DNA of 64,000 nucleotides from Eledone cirrhosa (GCA_964016885.1 OZ024747.1:7130001-7194000); one strand, 5' to 3'; numbered from the stretch's first letter, positions 13,399-27,464 are shown. Translations and numbers: made by a program. The notes: generated by a model from the sequence alone, not told the origin.

Positions 13399-14058
13399 AA
13401 TGTATTAACTTTGACAGAAATAAACTAAAATGAATACTCTTTTACTCTTTTACCTGTTCCAGCAACCCGGCTGAGGCCATGCTGGGACACTAGCATAAAT
13501 AACTATACTCGCGTAGCATTGATTTATTTATATAAGAATTACCGGTGGAAATTAATCAGGGCCGCCTCGGCATGAAAAACAAATAGTTAAGTAGATGCTA
13601 ATATACATAATGTAGTAAACCAAATATGTTGATTAATTAAAATTACTAGCAGAAAAACCATAATATCAATATGCATACTACACATGCTAGCATGTGTAGT
13701 GTGTATATTAATATTATACACAAGTATATATGCATGTAGATATGATACATCAAATAAAATCGTAAATGACAATATACACAGAAATTGAACGAAGACTGTG
13801 TTACACTGTCTTATGTAATCAGTAACGTAATCCAGGATACATTAAAAAAAAGACGATATTATATATAAACTGCATTAGGAGAAAATTAGTGACGGAAATA
13901 TATGAATGTTTATTTAAGCGATCGCTAACCGGAAGTGTTGACATTTGAACATTTTAAAGAAGTGAATCTTAAAATAAGGCACAAAACTATTTATATTTAA
14001 TCAAGAATAACGAAATTTAGTAGATAAATTATGTAATATTCATTCATTATTTATTCAA

Positions 14059-14250
14059 GGGCGGTGGATTGACAGTATCGGTTGAGAGTCGGACACCATG
14101 CTTTGAAGCATAGAGTTACGTCCCTTTATGATCTGAGTTCAACTCCCGCCATGGTTAACTTTGCCTTTCATCCTTACGGGGTCGATAAAATAAAGTACCA
14201 GTAATGTACTGGGTACTTGCTGGCCTTGTGCCAAAAATAGAAACAATTAT
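14059..14250 (+). mobile_element. Full-length SINE family A with 13-bp TSD
   Basis: A and B boxes present. ATTATTTATTCAA at 14046-14058 and 14246-14258. Confidence 0.95.
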
Positions 14251-14447
14251 TTATTCAAAGTAATCCAACTTATTTTACAAACGGGATATAAAAAAATATA
14301 TTCTGGACGCAGTCCGGCACTCCTTACTTTATTATAGTTTACATACACATAAAACAGTATGATTGTTTTTTTTTATAGCTAATATATTTACTAAATTACT
14401 ACGTTTCTCTAATTTTGTAATTTCGTAAATATATACGAAATGACTGT

Positions 14448-14822
14448 TTCTCAGCTCCGATACTATGGAGGACATGTGGTTAAAATGTCTCAGGAAAGAA
14501 TCGCTCGACAGATTTTACGGGTAAAACCAACCGGCAGAAGACCCAGGGGTAGCCCTCGAGTAAGATGGTTGGATAACATCCATGTGCTTGGCTGGTCACA
14601 ATTGGGGATCCAACCAGATCAGTTGGAGACGGTTGCTTCTGACAGGACCCGCTGGAGGGAGTTTTTGAGGACTCTGTCCCCATGACTCTCTCGGGATTAA
14701 GTGAGCGAAGAAGAAGAAGAAGAAGAAGAAGAAGAAGAAGAAGAAGAAGAAGAAGAAGAAGAAGAAGAAGAAGAAGAAGAAGAAGAAGAAGAAGAAGAAG
14801 AAGAAGAAGAAGAAGAAGAAGA
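14448..14822 (+). mobile_element. 5'-truncated RTE-clade LINE 3' end with (GAA)n tail
   Basis: QLRYYGGHVVKM...GRRPRGSPRVRWLD...DRTRWR is a typical RTE C-terminus. Stop codon, short UTR, then (GAA)n at about 14707-14821. Confidence 0.9.
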
Positions 14823-15141
14823 CTATGTAATTAAACATTTTACTCGATGATCTAACCATTCTCCCAATTCCTCTCCCTTAAAATAATGTTTTCTGATTTA
14901 GGCATAAGACCAACAATTTTAGGGGAGGGGAAAGTCGATTTAATCGTCTCCATTATTTTATCTTGTACTTTATTCTATCGACTACATTTTATTTTAAACA
15001 CCATAAAAAATTTTTCTAAAAAATCTAACAATTCTCCAAATTTATCGCCCTTAAAATAATATAATTAAAAACAGAATTTGAAGTTTGCCATGGGGCAAAC
15101 GGGATGAAAAAGGTTGTGAGCCCCTGTTTTATGGCTTAAAC

Positions 15142-15434
15142 TAGTCATGAGCAACCTGCGACCCGCGAAGCTTTCGGAATGGCTCGCCTAAGTGAAATCT
15201 TTCTGATTTTTTAAACCCAACTTTTCAGTCGTAATTTATCTTTCTACCATTTTTACGATCGAGGAAAACAACATGTACGAATTCTGAAGAAACAAATTAA
15301 AACAACCTGAGTTACTGCTCTTTTTTAAAAATAATTTTTAATGTGAACACGAATGTAAATTAGCGCTTGCGGCCCGCCTGATGATGAGTCGTATCTCATG
15401 CAGCCCGCTCCTCGAAAAAGATTGTTCATGCCTG
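15142..15434. mobile_element. hAT (Charlie-like) MITE
   Basis: Imperfect TIRs TAGTCATGAGCAACCT / AGATTGTTCATGCCTG and a perfect 8-bp TSD GCTTAAAC (15134-15141, 15435-15442). Confidence 0.85.
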
Positions 15435-16244
15435 GCTTAAACTCTTTCTGCATTTTCCCTTTTCATGCGTTATTTTAGAGATTTCATTAATAGGCGGATA
15501 TATATTTGAATATAGAATAAGGGTCCTCTATATATGACACACAGACTCCGTCACTGGTCAGTTAGCTGCGATATTTTAAAGGAGTTAACAATGCGGAATC
15601 TACATTTGATTAGAAATTAAATGCTGGTCGTCTTACTACACATTCCAGAGGATATACGTAGGAGTAAGAGAAGAGAGTGGAAGAGTAACCGAAGAAGTGA
15701 GTAGAACAACGACAGGGGGTTATTTATAGGAATTACAAATATAACTTGCATGCCAATGTGTCTTTGTCTATAAGAATCTTCTTCGAAACTTCCTCATTGC
15801 TTAATAACCAAGGAGACTGAAACAAAATACAGCAGAAGAAGTTTATCAATTCCCTCACCCAACACCTAACTATGTAAAACGTGTATGTGTGTATGTGTGT
15901 ATGTGTGTATGTGTGTATGTGTGTATGTGTGTGTGTGCGCGCACATACACATACATACAATCATACATTCCCGCACATACACACATATACATATACACAT
16001 ATACAGAGACATGCTCACACACATATCTAAAAATGTTTACAATCATCTCCATGACTATTACTATCACCGCCACAAATATAACCAACGGTATGACCCTGAC
16101 CTGCTAGACATAGCAGCCAAATTCTTCGAATCACATATTTTAAAAGGACTGATATACTGGATAATGTAGATCTAAATACACGATGCCTAAAAAAGACAGG
16201 ATGGTCATGGTTGGAATGAGTTTCGGTCAAGGTTGACCCAGGGT

Positions 16245-16670
16245 TAAACAATAACAACAACAACAGCAATAACTGTAGTATCGCTAAGAGCAACATACCT
16301 AACAACACCGTCAACACCACCACCACTACCACCACCACCAACACCAACACCACCGCCACCACTACCACAACCACTACCACCACCGCCACCACCACCACCG
16401 CCACCACTACCACCACCAACACAAACACCTACACCACTACCATCACTACCACCACTGCTACCACCATGACCACCACCATCACAAATACCACCACCACCAA
16501 CATAACCACCAACACCACACCACCACCATCACCATCATCAACACGATCAACACTATCACCAACATCACCAACACCAACACCACCACTACCACCACCGCTA
16601 CAAACACCACCGCCACCACCACCACCACCACCACCACCACCACCACCACCACCACCACCACCACCACCAA
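16245..16670. repeat. (AAC)/(CAC)n low-complexity array
   Basis: Directly visible. Confidence 0.95.
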
Positions 16671-16759
16671 TGTCGTTATCGTCGTAATACGTGTATATGT
16701 GTATGAATATATACACATATATACAAGACTTTTTGCGTTAATCTACAAAACTTCTAATC

Positions 16760-18990
16760 TATAAAACTGGGTTTTGTCAGAAGTGCAACGGTAAAGGAGG
16801 AATTTCGTGGCAGTCTGGCTGGATTACAAGAAAACATTTGATTCTGTTGCCAGCTCATGGATGCTTGAGCTTGTTACATTTGCTAAGTTCAAAAGACCAT
16901 AATCAGAACTACAGACAACCTGGTTTAGTCATGAGCCACCTCCAGAAGTTAATTACAGGAATATTATTGTCGCATAGGAGTAAGTCCTACTGCTACGGAC
17001 ACAGCCTAGACTTTATCCAAGAGGATAAAGTATCGAAGGGGTATATTTCAAGGAGACAGTCCCTCTACGAAGCTGTTTATACTTGCAATGTATCCCCGTC
17101 TTTTTTAAAGGGAACTTGAAGGATATATAAGTGATTGATTCACAAGAAGCCAATAACACTAGTCTAATATATATAATCTTTGTGGTAACTCTCATTAGAG
17201 CTGGACAGCAGAAGGTCTTCAGAGAAGAAACCTCCCTCAAGCGAGTGATTAATGATACGAATATCTGCCTTGATCTGATTACGACATTCTTAAAGGATTT
17301 CGGGATGAAGTCTATGCTAAAATAAATGTTCCCACCTGATTATAAAACTACAATTTGTGGAAAAATTGCAAATCAGAATATTTACACCAATGGTCTGATT
17401 ATTTCTCTGATAACTGACGAGGTACTCTACTACACCTAGTGATGGGCGTAAATATATCTTATGATGCTACATAGAACAAAGAACTCGTAACTTGGGAAAC
17501 TTATAGCCAGATAAAGGGATATATTGTAGTCGGAGTTCTCTGCATACAATAAATCAACTCAATGTACGTTTGTTGTACAAATATTTATATTTCGAGTGGA
17601 TACAAGATGAGTTTCGGTTATTCATATAAAGGTCTGAAAAATACTAACCAATATTAGTATATGTTCATATCAACAGTGGTGGGGGTGGGGGGTATGATGG
17701 TGGTGGTCCTGTAACTCTTGATGGAATCGTAGGAGCGCCGTGTCGATATACGGCGTCTCTTGGACATTGTAAGCCTGGTGGAGCCTATCCCTTTCCAGTA
17801 GTTTATCTAACATAAAAACAAAGATGCATTGTTTTAATATCGATTCAAACAGACTTTCTACTTTCTATATTGTATCCCTTCAACAGCATTGAAGTGTATA
17901 TATGAATCACATCTGAATACACGAGACAAATAACATTATGAGTTGGAAATGAGTTCATCAGGAACTAATCCATGACCGATGGTCAGGGATATATAATGAG
18001 AGTAACAGCGCAGCTCTACCGCAACAGAAAATCAGACGAAAGGTTTTCTGCCTATCTGCTGAAAGGCACGCATAGCTATGTCGCCAGAAAACCTCAGAAT
18101 ATCAGTAACATAGATAAGGATAGTGGTTTATCTTGGAAAAACAACATTTATATCAATTCTCTTGCTCTCTTTTTGATGCGTATGTGTGTTCACTCCAGGG
18201 ACAGAAAATATCAAAATAAACAACAATGTAAGAACACAGAAAATGTTCTGTATCGTTGGAAATTTTAATACCAACAAGAATGTAAATAGTTTATATTTCC
18301 CATGCTAGGGGGGAGGTCGTACTCTTAGATATGTTTTGACATCATACGAGATCCGGATTATAACACTGAAGCAACATCTCAAGCAGAGAAAAAAGCTCAG
18401 CAATTCTATCACTAGGATAGCTGATGAAATTGGGGAAAGTTATGAAATAAAATCTGTCAGATCTCCCTCTAAGGAACATTGGAAAATTCTACTTAACGCT
18501 GAGATGGTTGTACAGGAATGATGGAATCAAAAGCACGTAAACCATAGTCTGGCATGCAGTACTGAAAGTTTATATCTCACTTTGAAAGTTACAATTCAGA
18601 AGCAAGGAATATCCACCAAATAACAGCTTCTATACAACAGATAAAAGGCATTAGCTGATAATAAATATAAGCTATGCTAAACAAAAACCGAAACTATCAG
18701 CCACATTGTTGCCAACTGCAAGAGAATATTGTTTTTAGATACTGCCTTCCCATAAGTCATAATGATGAGGTAGTCAGAGTAATCTGAAATAGAGTGAGAA
18801 AATATCAAATAAATCTGAACATATTGAAACCGATAGATTTAAAGAATATTCGTGAAATAAAAGAATAAAGACAGCAAATACAACCGACCTGACATTGTTA
18901 TTAGAGATGACAAAATAAAGGAAATATCTTAGTTATGGAAGATGTTCAATATACCTAGGGCAGTGAAAATCTGCAAGACCTCTTGAAATG
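16760..18990 (+). mobile_element. Heavily decayed R4/Dong-type LINE (RT to RLE)
   Basis: In order: VWLDYKKTFDSV (16812), GVYFKE/FQGDSP..LF (17040), a CCHC-like region at about 18660-18770, KYNRPDIVI (18877) and GAVKICKT (18958). Many stops and frameshifts. Confidence 0.8.
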
Positions 18991-19193
18991 TAAAGAATAA
19001 ATTTAAAGAAGGGCAAAAAAATCTCCAATGAAAACATTTTCTTTATAATCGAATGGAAATGCTTATTTAACTGACTGGCTTACGTCCAGTTATTGTCATC
19101 ACAAATGTAGTGGTCCTAGACTTGTAGTGACACATGATCTCTCCTTAAAGAGGAGGTTAGACATGCTTGACCATTGCTAGGAACACGTTGACG

Positions 19194-19239
<46 letters not shown>

Positions 19240-19278
19240 CGTCAACGTGTTCCTAGCATATACATTCTGTCATTACTT

Positions 19279-19425
19279 CTGAAGAGATCCTATTAAGGGT
19301 GAAAGCAGCGATTCTTTGCTTAAACTTTAATCTGTTATTTTAATAGATATTTGCTCTAGGGTTCCTATATATTTGATATATATTTATCCTTATCGAGCCC
19401 TCTTTGGATTTTAGTCTTCACGTTT
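19279..19425 (+). mobile_element. PLE pLTR fragment starting at a hammerhead core
   Basis: CTGAAGA-GATCC-TATTAA-GGGT-GAAA. Homologous to 38470-38683. Confidence 0.65.
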
Positions 19426-19433
19426 ATTTTCAT

Positions 19434-19500
<67 letters not shown>

Positions 19501-20262
19501 CGTGTGTGTGTGTGTGTGTGAGAGAGAAAGGGAGAGAGAGAAATCCCCCGCCGAGTACCTATTACAGAAAAGAGAGAAATCATCAGCTAACAAGAAATGT
19601 AGACTATAGAAGCCAAAGCTAAAGAAGTTGGCTACATTATTGCCAATGGTGAAATAATATTTTCTCGTAACTTCTTATGTCTTGGCGATATCTCCCGCTA
19701 ACTTGTAAATTGAGAAATATAGAGATAACGGGGTGAAGGGCAAACGCCTAGATGGGGTAACCCAGATCCTGATAGAGGTGGGTAAATCTCTAATCTACGA
19801 TACCGTGTACTGCAACACCTTCTCCGCCTCCATCCCTGTCGCTTCTGTCACAAACCCGTAACACGGAGGAGAGGAAGATGGTCAAATAACGGGATTTGAC
19901 CGACCACTTCCTTTTTATGCCAGTTGTGGTCAAGTCATTCAGTGTCTTTAGTCCCTGAATTGTCATTTTCCTCTCCCAAAGTACATCTCACCTGGGGAAG
20001 GATCACCAAGAGATGGAGTGGCTGATGCAGCGGGTGTCGCTGATTGTTTTCTTCGGCAATGATATCGCTGTTTTGTCTACGATGCATAATTGAGATATAT
20101 CGCCTAGCCTGAGGTAGAGAGTCTGCTATCCCTCACCCCCACCACAATCGCTTACTTTCACTAATCAACTTATTTCCTCATTCTTTTTCTTTTTTGATTG
20201 TAAACATTATATAATTCAATTGAATTTTGTTGAATAAAATATTTACACAAAGAAATAAATAC

Positions 20263-20586
20263 AAACACCGGATCAAACACCGGATCAAACAGTGGATCAA
20301 ATACCGGATCAAACACTGGATCAAACAGTGGATCAAACACCAGATCAAACAGTGGATCAAACACCGGATCAAACAATGGATCAAACACCGGATCAAACAC
20401 CAGATCAAACAGTGGATCAAACATTGGATCAAACAGTGGATCAAACAGTAGATCAAACAGTGGATCAAACACCGGAACAAGCACCAGATCAAACAGTGGA
20501 TCAAACAGTCGATCAAACAGTGGATCAAATAGTGGATCAAATAGTAGATCAAACAGTAGATCAAACAGTGGATCAAACACTGGTGG
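20263..20586. repeat. 12-bp minisatellite (GATCAAACAGTG)n, about 27 units
   Basis: Directly visible, variable in the last 3 nt of the unit. Confidence 0.97.
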
Positions 20587-21001
20587 ATAAATAAAATTTT
20601 GGTGAAAACTGAAAACTCAAATGAATAACAACCAAATTTAGACACAAAAACGACCTTTTAGAAATAGAAGCAAAAACTTCACGGAACCAAGGAAAAGATG
20701 CATGTGTACAAATCACAATAGAAATATTATACTTTAAACAATAACAGAATAATCACGGTTAAAACATTGCTCATACATTACAGAGGAATATCATATTCAG
20801 GACAATATATATCTGAAAGACTTTGATAGATCAAAAGACAAAGCCGTTATGAAAAGGATGGCAAAAGGTAACTATTTTTATTTATTTTCTTTGTAATTTC
20901 GCAACCGAGCAAACAAATATTCAAAACAAACGCCAAAAATTCAAACAGGAAGGAAATAAACATAGATACATACACATACACACACTCACACACATACACA
21001 A

Positions 21002-21040
<39 letters not shown>

Positions 21041-21204
21041 CATACATATACACACACATACGCACATACATATATAAACGTACATACCAGACAAAGATTC
21101 GTCTCTACTTAACAAACCATCAAGAAATAGAAGTAGGTAAGCATGTTTTTTTACACATGCACTGTTTCTGTCTGTGTGTCTTTTCTCTCTCTGTATAAAT
21201 AACT

Positions 21205-21282
<78 letters not shown>

Positions 21283-21286
21283 TATC

Positions 21287-21317
<31 letters not shown>

Positions 21318-21564
21318 GTATATATATGTTTAGCAGTGTGTATTCACGTGCACTTGTGTATATGTAAGAGTGATGTTTGTGAAAGTAGTCAAGCTCAAAT
21401 AGGGTAGATTAAATATCAAAATGGTTGCCAAGTTGTTTAACTGAAGCATTTGCTGTCGTCGTGAATGTATTGTTGGTGGGTCTTTCTCGCCAAATAAGGA
21501 AAGTCACGTGGGCGGGTAGGAATGCAGGAAGAACAGCGTGCTGTGTGAGATGAGCTGTCGCTAC

Positions 21565-22066
21565 TTCCAATCTTTTACTCTTAATTTCTTTCTTTACCTC
21601 TCTTTCGTTGTTTCTTTCTTTCTTTCTTTCTTTCTTTCTTTTTTATTTCTCTTTTTTTCTCGCTTTCTTTCTTTGTTCCTTCATTTCTTTCTTTTTTTTC
21701 TTTCTTTCTCTTTTTCTTTCTTTGTTCCTTCTTTTCTTTCTTTTTTCTTTCTCTCTTTCTTTCTTTGTTCCTTCATTTCTTTCTTTTTTCTTTCTTTCTC
21801 TCTTGCTTTCTTTGTTCCTTCATTTCTTTTTTTCTTGTTTTCTTTCTCTCTTTCTTTCTTTGTTCTATCATTTCTTTCTTTCCTTTTTTCTTTCTCTATT
21901 TCTCTCTCTGTTCCTTCATTTCTTTCTTTCATACTCTCCTCTCCATCTTTTATTCTTTCTTTTACTATCTTTCTCTCCTTTACTTTTTATTTCCTTCTCT
22001 CTTTCACTATGTCGCTATTTACTTCTTTTTCTTTTTTCTTTTCTTTCTTTCTCTCCTTTTCCCCGA

Positions 22067-22097
<31 letters not shown>

Positions 22098-22190
22098 TTT
22101 TTCTTTCTTTCTTTCTTTCAATTTTAAATTCTTCATTTCTTCATGTCTTTCTTTTTTCTTTCTCTTTTTCTTTCAATCTCTTATACTTCC
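21565..22190. repeat. Polypyrimidine (CTTT)-rich low-complexity tract
   Basis: About 600 bp that is almost purely C/T. Confidence 0.95.
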
Positions 22191-22219
22191 TCTCTGTGTA
22201 GACATGTAGAACATATAAG

Positions 22220-22700
22220 AAGGTTAGGGAGAAGAGTAAAATTTGGTTTAATCCGCCATTTTATCTAGATGACTTCACAAATATGGTTAGAATCATCCTG
22301 TCCCTAAATACGTGACACTTCTCAAAGAAACAGAAGTACCATAAACTCTTAAACCTCCATAATGAGTATCGTTTCCAATATTACACGTTACAGCAGCAGA
22401 AATCAGGCATCTACACAGAACCCCGCCCTCCCGTGCAACAGCTTGCAACTGCCGAACCTCTGCCAATTATTATCTGGGCGGTGAATCCTGCCTTTCAAAG
22501 GCTGTGGTCTCTAGAGCCACTCTCACACCACCAAATACTATACCGAGGAACTGTGTAGGTCTAACAGCCAATGAATTTTAAGATAGATTTTCCAAGCATA
22601 TATATATCTTTAGATTCCACTTTTCTGGCCAGTTTTATTTGGAAAGACGAAGACCAAGGAGATAATATCCCAATCATCATATAGAGCTTCCTTAATATGG
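22220..22700 (+). mobile_element. Decayed Penelope-like ORF C-terminus (linker plus GIY-YIG endonuclease)
   Basis: Frameshifted motifs in order: IWFNPPF, HF.K..KYHKL, CNCR, CLSKAVV.RA, VGLTANEF.DRFSKH, LASFIWK. Confidence 0.75.
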
Positions 22701-23152
22701 AACCCCTTCCTCACTCGATAGTTGCAGTTACCAACAATCCCATGGTTATTCGTGACAGAAGGGCGTCTTTCCCCTCACCCTTACATATGCATGTGTATCT
22801 GTAAATGTATGTATGTATGCATGTGTGCATGTGTGCATGTATGTATGTGTGTGTATGTATGTATGTATGTGTGTGTGTATGTGTGTGTGTGTGTGTATGT
22901 GTGTGTGTATGTATGTATGTATGTATGTATGTATGTATGTATGTATGTGTGTGTGTGTGTGAATGTATGTATGTATGTATGTTTGTATGTATATATGTAT
23001 GTATGTATGTATGTGTGTGTATGTATGTATGTATGAATGTATGTATGTATGTATGTATGTATGTATGTGTGTGTGTATGTATGTATGTATGTATGTATGT
23101 ATGTATGTATATGTGTGTGTGTGTGTATGTATGTGTGTGTGTATGTATGTAT

Positions 23153-23654
23153 GTTTTCTCTTTCTCTTAATTTCGAGTATATTTTTGACCGGCCACCTTC
23201 CTGGTGGCAAGGTTGTAAACGAAAAGAAATTGTCATCCCTTGAATCGCAAGAATGTTTTGCAAATTTTGAAGGTGCCAGCTATCGCAGCCATTTGTAGAC
23301 TATGAATTAGAGAGCTGCACTCTTTGACCGCAAATCCAAGTTCAGTCATACTTTGGTCCAAGCGGGTTGGTATATAACCTGTAGCTCCAATAATGATGGG
23401 TATGAAGCTAAAGGTGTATCTTGGATACTGGATTTGTAAACTCCTCATCAATGGTCCGTAGATGTCCTCCTTCTGTATTTTTCTGACAACGTTTACATCA
23501 AGTGGGCAGCTGATCTCCACAACAGAACACGCTTTCAATGTTTGGTCCCAAACAACAATATCAGGCCGGTTGTGCTTTAATTTGGTGGCAGTTTTTATTT
23601 TCAGGTTCCACCAGTATTCCTTAGTGCCATCTGTCTCAATATATTCTTCCTCGT
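23153..23654 (-). mobile_element. 5'-truncated R4/Dong-type LINE, open RLE domain plus 3' UTR, embedded in (TACA)n
   Basis: Open frame EYWWNLKIKTATKLKHNRPDIVVWDQ..VVEISCPLD..KEDIY..IPIIIGATG..GTFKICKTF (PD-(D/E)xK-type RLE). (TATG)n on both sides. Confidence 0.92.
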
Positions 23655-23802
23655 TTGTATGTATGTATGTATGTATGTATGTATGTATGTATGTATGTAT
23701 GTATGTATGTATGTATGTATGTATGTATGTATGTATGTATGTATGTATGTATGTATATGTATATGTGTGTGTGTGTGACAGCTCACACCTATGCAGTTAG
23801 TA

Positions 23803-23997
23803 ATAATTGTTTCTATTTTTGGCACAAGGCCAGCAATTATCCAGTGTATTACTGGTACTTTACTTTATTTTATCGACCCCGTAAGGATGAAAGGCAAAGT
23901 TAACCTCGGTGGGATTTGAACTCAGAATGGAAAGGGCCGTAACTCTATGCTGCAAAGCCTGGCGTCCGACCCTCTACCGATACTGCCAATCCACCGT
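23803..23997 (-). mobile_element. SINE family A with TSD GTTAGTAATA
   Basis: Consensus match. TSD at 23796-23805 and 23996-24005. Confidence 0.93.
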
Positions 23998-24073
23998 TAG
24001 TAATATGATTAGATCCAGTCACAGGAAAATATAAAAAAGACAAGATCAACCTTAAGAGTCAATGTGTTTTTAT

Positions 24074-24279
24074 ATCGGTAGAGCGTCGGACAATATGTTT
24101 TGCGGCTTTATGAGTTATGCCCCTTTATGTTCTGATTTCAAATTCCACCGAGGTTAACTTTGCCTTTCACCCTTACGGGGTCGATAAAATAAAGTACCAG
24201 TAATGCACTGGGGTAAATTCAATCGATTCAAACCCTACTTCAAATTGCTGGACTTGTGCCAAAAGTAGAACCAATTATT
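24074..24279 (+). mobile_element. SINE family A (long-tail subfamily)
   Basis: Consensus match with an extra segment before TTGCTGG. Confidence 0.9.
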
Positions 24280-24621
24280 TAAAAACAATAAAATATCTTT
24301 TTTTTTTTAAACTGCAAAAATCAGTGGCATTGATTGTTTACTAGCGATGACCTTCCCAATAACCAATAAAATAATAAATATAATCTACTACATGTGGTAA
24401 ATATTTCCTGCATTTGTTTCCACCCACCCCTCTTTTTTATTTGACCTCTCCATGTCTCACCTTTTGTTTACTAAACCTACTTACTATCTCTTACCTAAAC
24501 ATACTTCTATATATAGCCTAAGGTTCATCTAACTTAGAACTGTTTTGAAAAGCCAGTGACCTCACGATTTATAAAAAAAAAACAACTTACATACATACAT
24601 ACGTACATACATATATATATG

Positions 24622-24667
<46 letters not shown>

Positions 24668-25379
24668 ATATATATATGATATATATATATATATATATTA
24701 TATGTGCATATATATACATATATATATATATATGTATGTATGTATGTATATATATATATATATATGCAAGTATGTATCTATCTATGTGTGGGAGGAGTAT
24801 TTTTAATTGTGTCTATGGAGTGTTACATCTCTCATTTCCTACACCGTATGTAAAATGTATGTAATGTCTGTCTGTCTGCCTGTCTGTCTCTCTGTCTGTC
24901 TCTATGTATGTATCTATGTATGTATGTATGTATGTATGTATGTATCTATGTATGTATGTATGTATGTATGTATGTATGTATGTATGTATGTATGTATGTA
25001 TGTATGTATGTATGTGTGTATGTATGTATGTATGTATGTCTCTATGTATGTATGTGTGTATGTATGTATGTCTCTATGTATGTATGTGTGTATGTATGTA
25101 TGTATGTATGTATGTGTGTATGTATGTATGTGTGTGTGTATGTGTGTATGTATGTATGTATGTACGTGTGTATGTATGTGTGTGTGTATGTGTGTATGTA
25201 TGTATGTATGTGTACGTGTGTATCTGTGTGTGCTGGGGTGTGAATTGTTTCATTATTCCTGCTGAGAATTGAAGAGTAATGGCATCTCCTTGTTATATAA
25301 GCAGCCACGTCTCCTCCTCAGTAAATCTATATTATTATACACACACGTACACACAGTCATGCGTATACATTGTCACATA

Positions 25380-25438
<59 letters not shown>

Positions 25439-25482
25439 GTATGTGTGTGTGGCGTATATATATATATATGTATGTGTGTGGC

Positions 25483-25522
<40 letters not shown>

Positions 25523-25597
25523 GTGTGAATGTGTATCTATCTATCTATCTCTCTATCTCTTTATATATATATAAATGCATATATATATATACACATC

Positions 25598-25786
<189 letters not shown>

Positions 25787-26085
25787 ATTTATATATATAT
25801 ATATATATATAAATATATACATAGATAGATACAGACCCTACATGCATGTATGTATATATGTATATGTAAATATATATATATATACATATACACATATACA
25901 CATATGTTTGTATACATACATATATATATACACGACATACCAGCACCAAACTGTAAAACTTAACAAGCGTGCCAAGTAGAAATTGAACTTACATCCTTCA
26001 AATTCCGGGCAAATGTTTTACGAATTACTGTAATGTCAGTTTCTTAATTGGTTTACATTTATAGAATACGTCTACATACATACAC

Positions 26086-26157
<72 letters not shown>

Positions 26158-26234
26158 ATGTATGTATGTGTGTATGTGTATATGCATGTGCATGTATGTA
26201 TGTGTGTGTATGTATGTATGTATGTATGTATGTA

Positions 26235-26265
<31 letters not shown>

Positions 26266-26358
26266 GTGTGTATGTATGTATGTATGTATGTATGTATGTG
26301 TGTGTGTATGTATGTATGTATGTATGTATGTATGCATGTATATATATATATATATATG

Positions 26359-26498
<140 letters not shown>

Positions 26499-26507
26499 CA
26501 TACATAT

Positions 26508-27464
26508 ACTAGACATGAAAAATGCGCAAGCTCAAAAGTGCCACAGAATGTTATAATAAACCTTCAAAAGTGTGGGACTAGAGTTGTTGCTAAAAAATAT
26601 TGTAATCATTATATATCGTACATTCTGTGGCATCCTTTATAAAAATAGCTTAAACCAACGAAGCCTTTATTTTTACGCTATTTCACTTAGTTAATTCTTA
26701 GAGTGTAACATATAAAAATATGATTTACAACTATAAAATAAATTAATTAATATAATAACAGAGCTGCGGAGCTGAAATTTAGGAAATAATGGAGTATCGG
26801 ATCCTGAGTTGGAGCCAGTCAATTTTTGGCCGACTCCGCAGCCCTGTATAATACATTTCATATTAAAGTTATTAATAAACCTATTTTACACTTCATGCAA
26901 ATTACCACGAGATATTGATATTAGATATAAGATACAGCGCAATATCTACAGCTGTAAAAGTACGAAAGCGAAGTAATAATAAGTGGCTTAAGGTAATTCC
27001 AATATGAAAGCTTGTAGTGATAAAAATTTGATAATGCAATACGATTGTTAATATTATAGTTCTATGAAAATGTAACAATAGATAACTAAATTATTTTACT
27101 ATTAGTATATTTAAGAAATTATCATTATAGATTTGATCGTTCATATAAGCATCATATTAAGTTTCAACACAATTATTTTGTTACTATGAGTATATGATAA
27201 TAATATTACGTAATTATTTATAGCTGTTATTACATTAAACATACATGTATTTATTTTTATATGTTACACTCTAAGAATTAACTAAGTGAAATAGCGTAAA
27301 AATAAAGGCTTCGTTGGTTTAAGCTATTTTTATAAAGGATGCCACAGAATGTACGATATATAATGATTACAATATTTTTTAGCAACAACTCTAGTCCCAC
27401 ACTTTTGAAGGTTTATTATAACATTCTGTGGCACTTTTGAGCTTGCGCATTTTTCATGTCTAGT
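26508..27464. repeat. 213-bp perfect inverted repeat pair (26508-26720 / 27252-27464) around a 531-bp spacer
   Basis: The arms read as exact reverse complements by eye. Termini ACTAG...CTAGT. Confidence 0.95.
26759..26846. mobile_element. 88-bp hAT-type MITE
   Basis: TIRs CAGAGCTGCGGAG / CTCCGCAGCCCTG. Flanks TATAATAA / TATAATAC match at 7 of 8 positions (TSD). Confidence 0.8.

Noticed and set aside
21538-22209. F/L/S-rich membrane-protein-like ORFs
   Set aside because: Polypyrimidine low-complexity tract.
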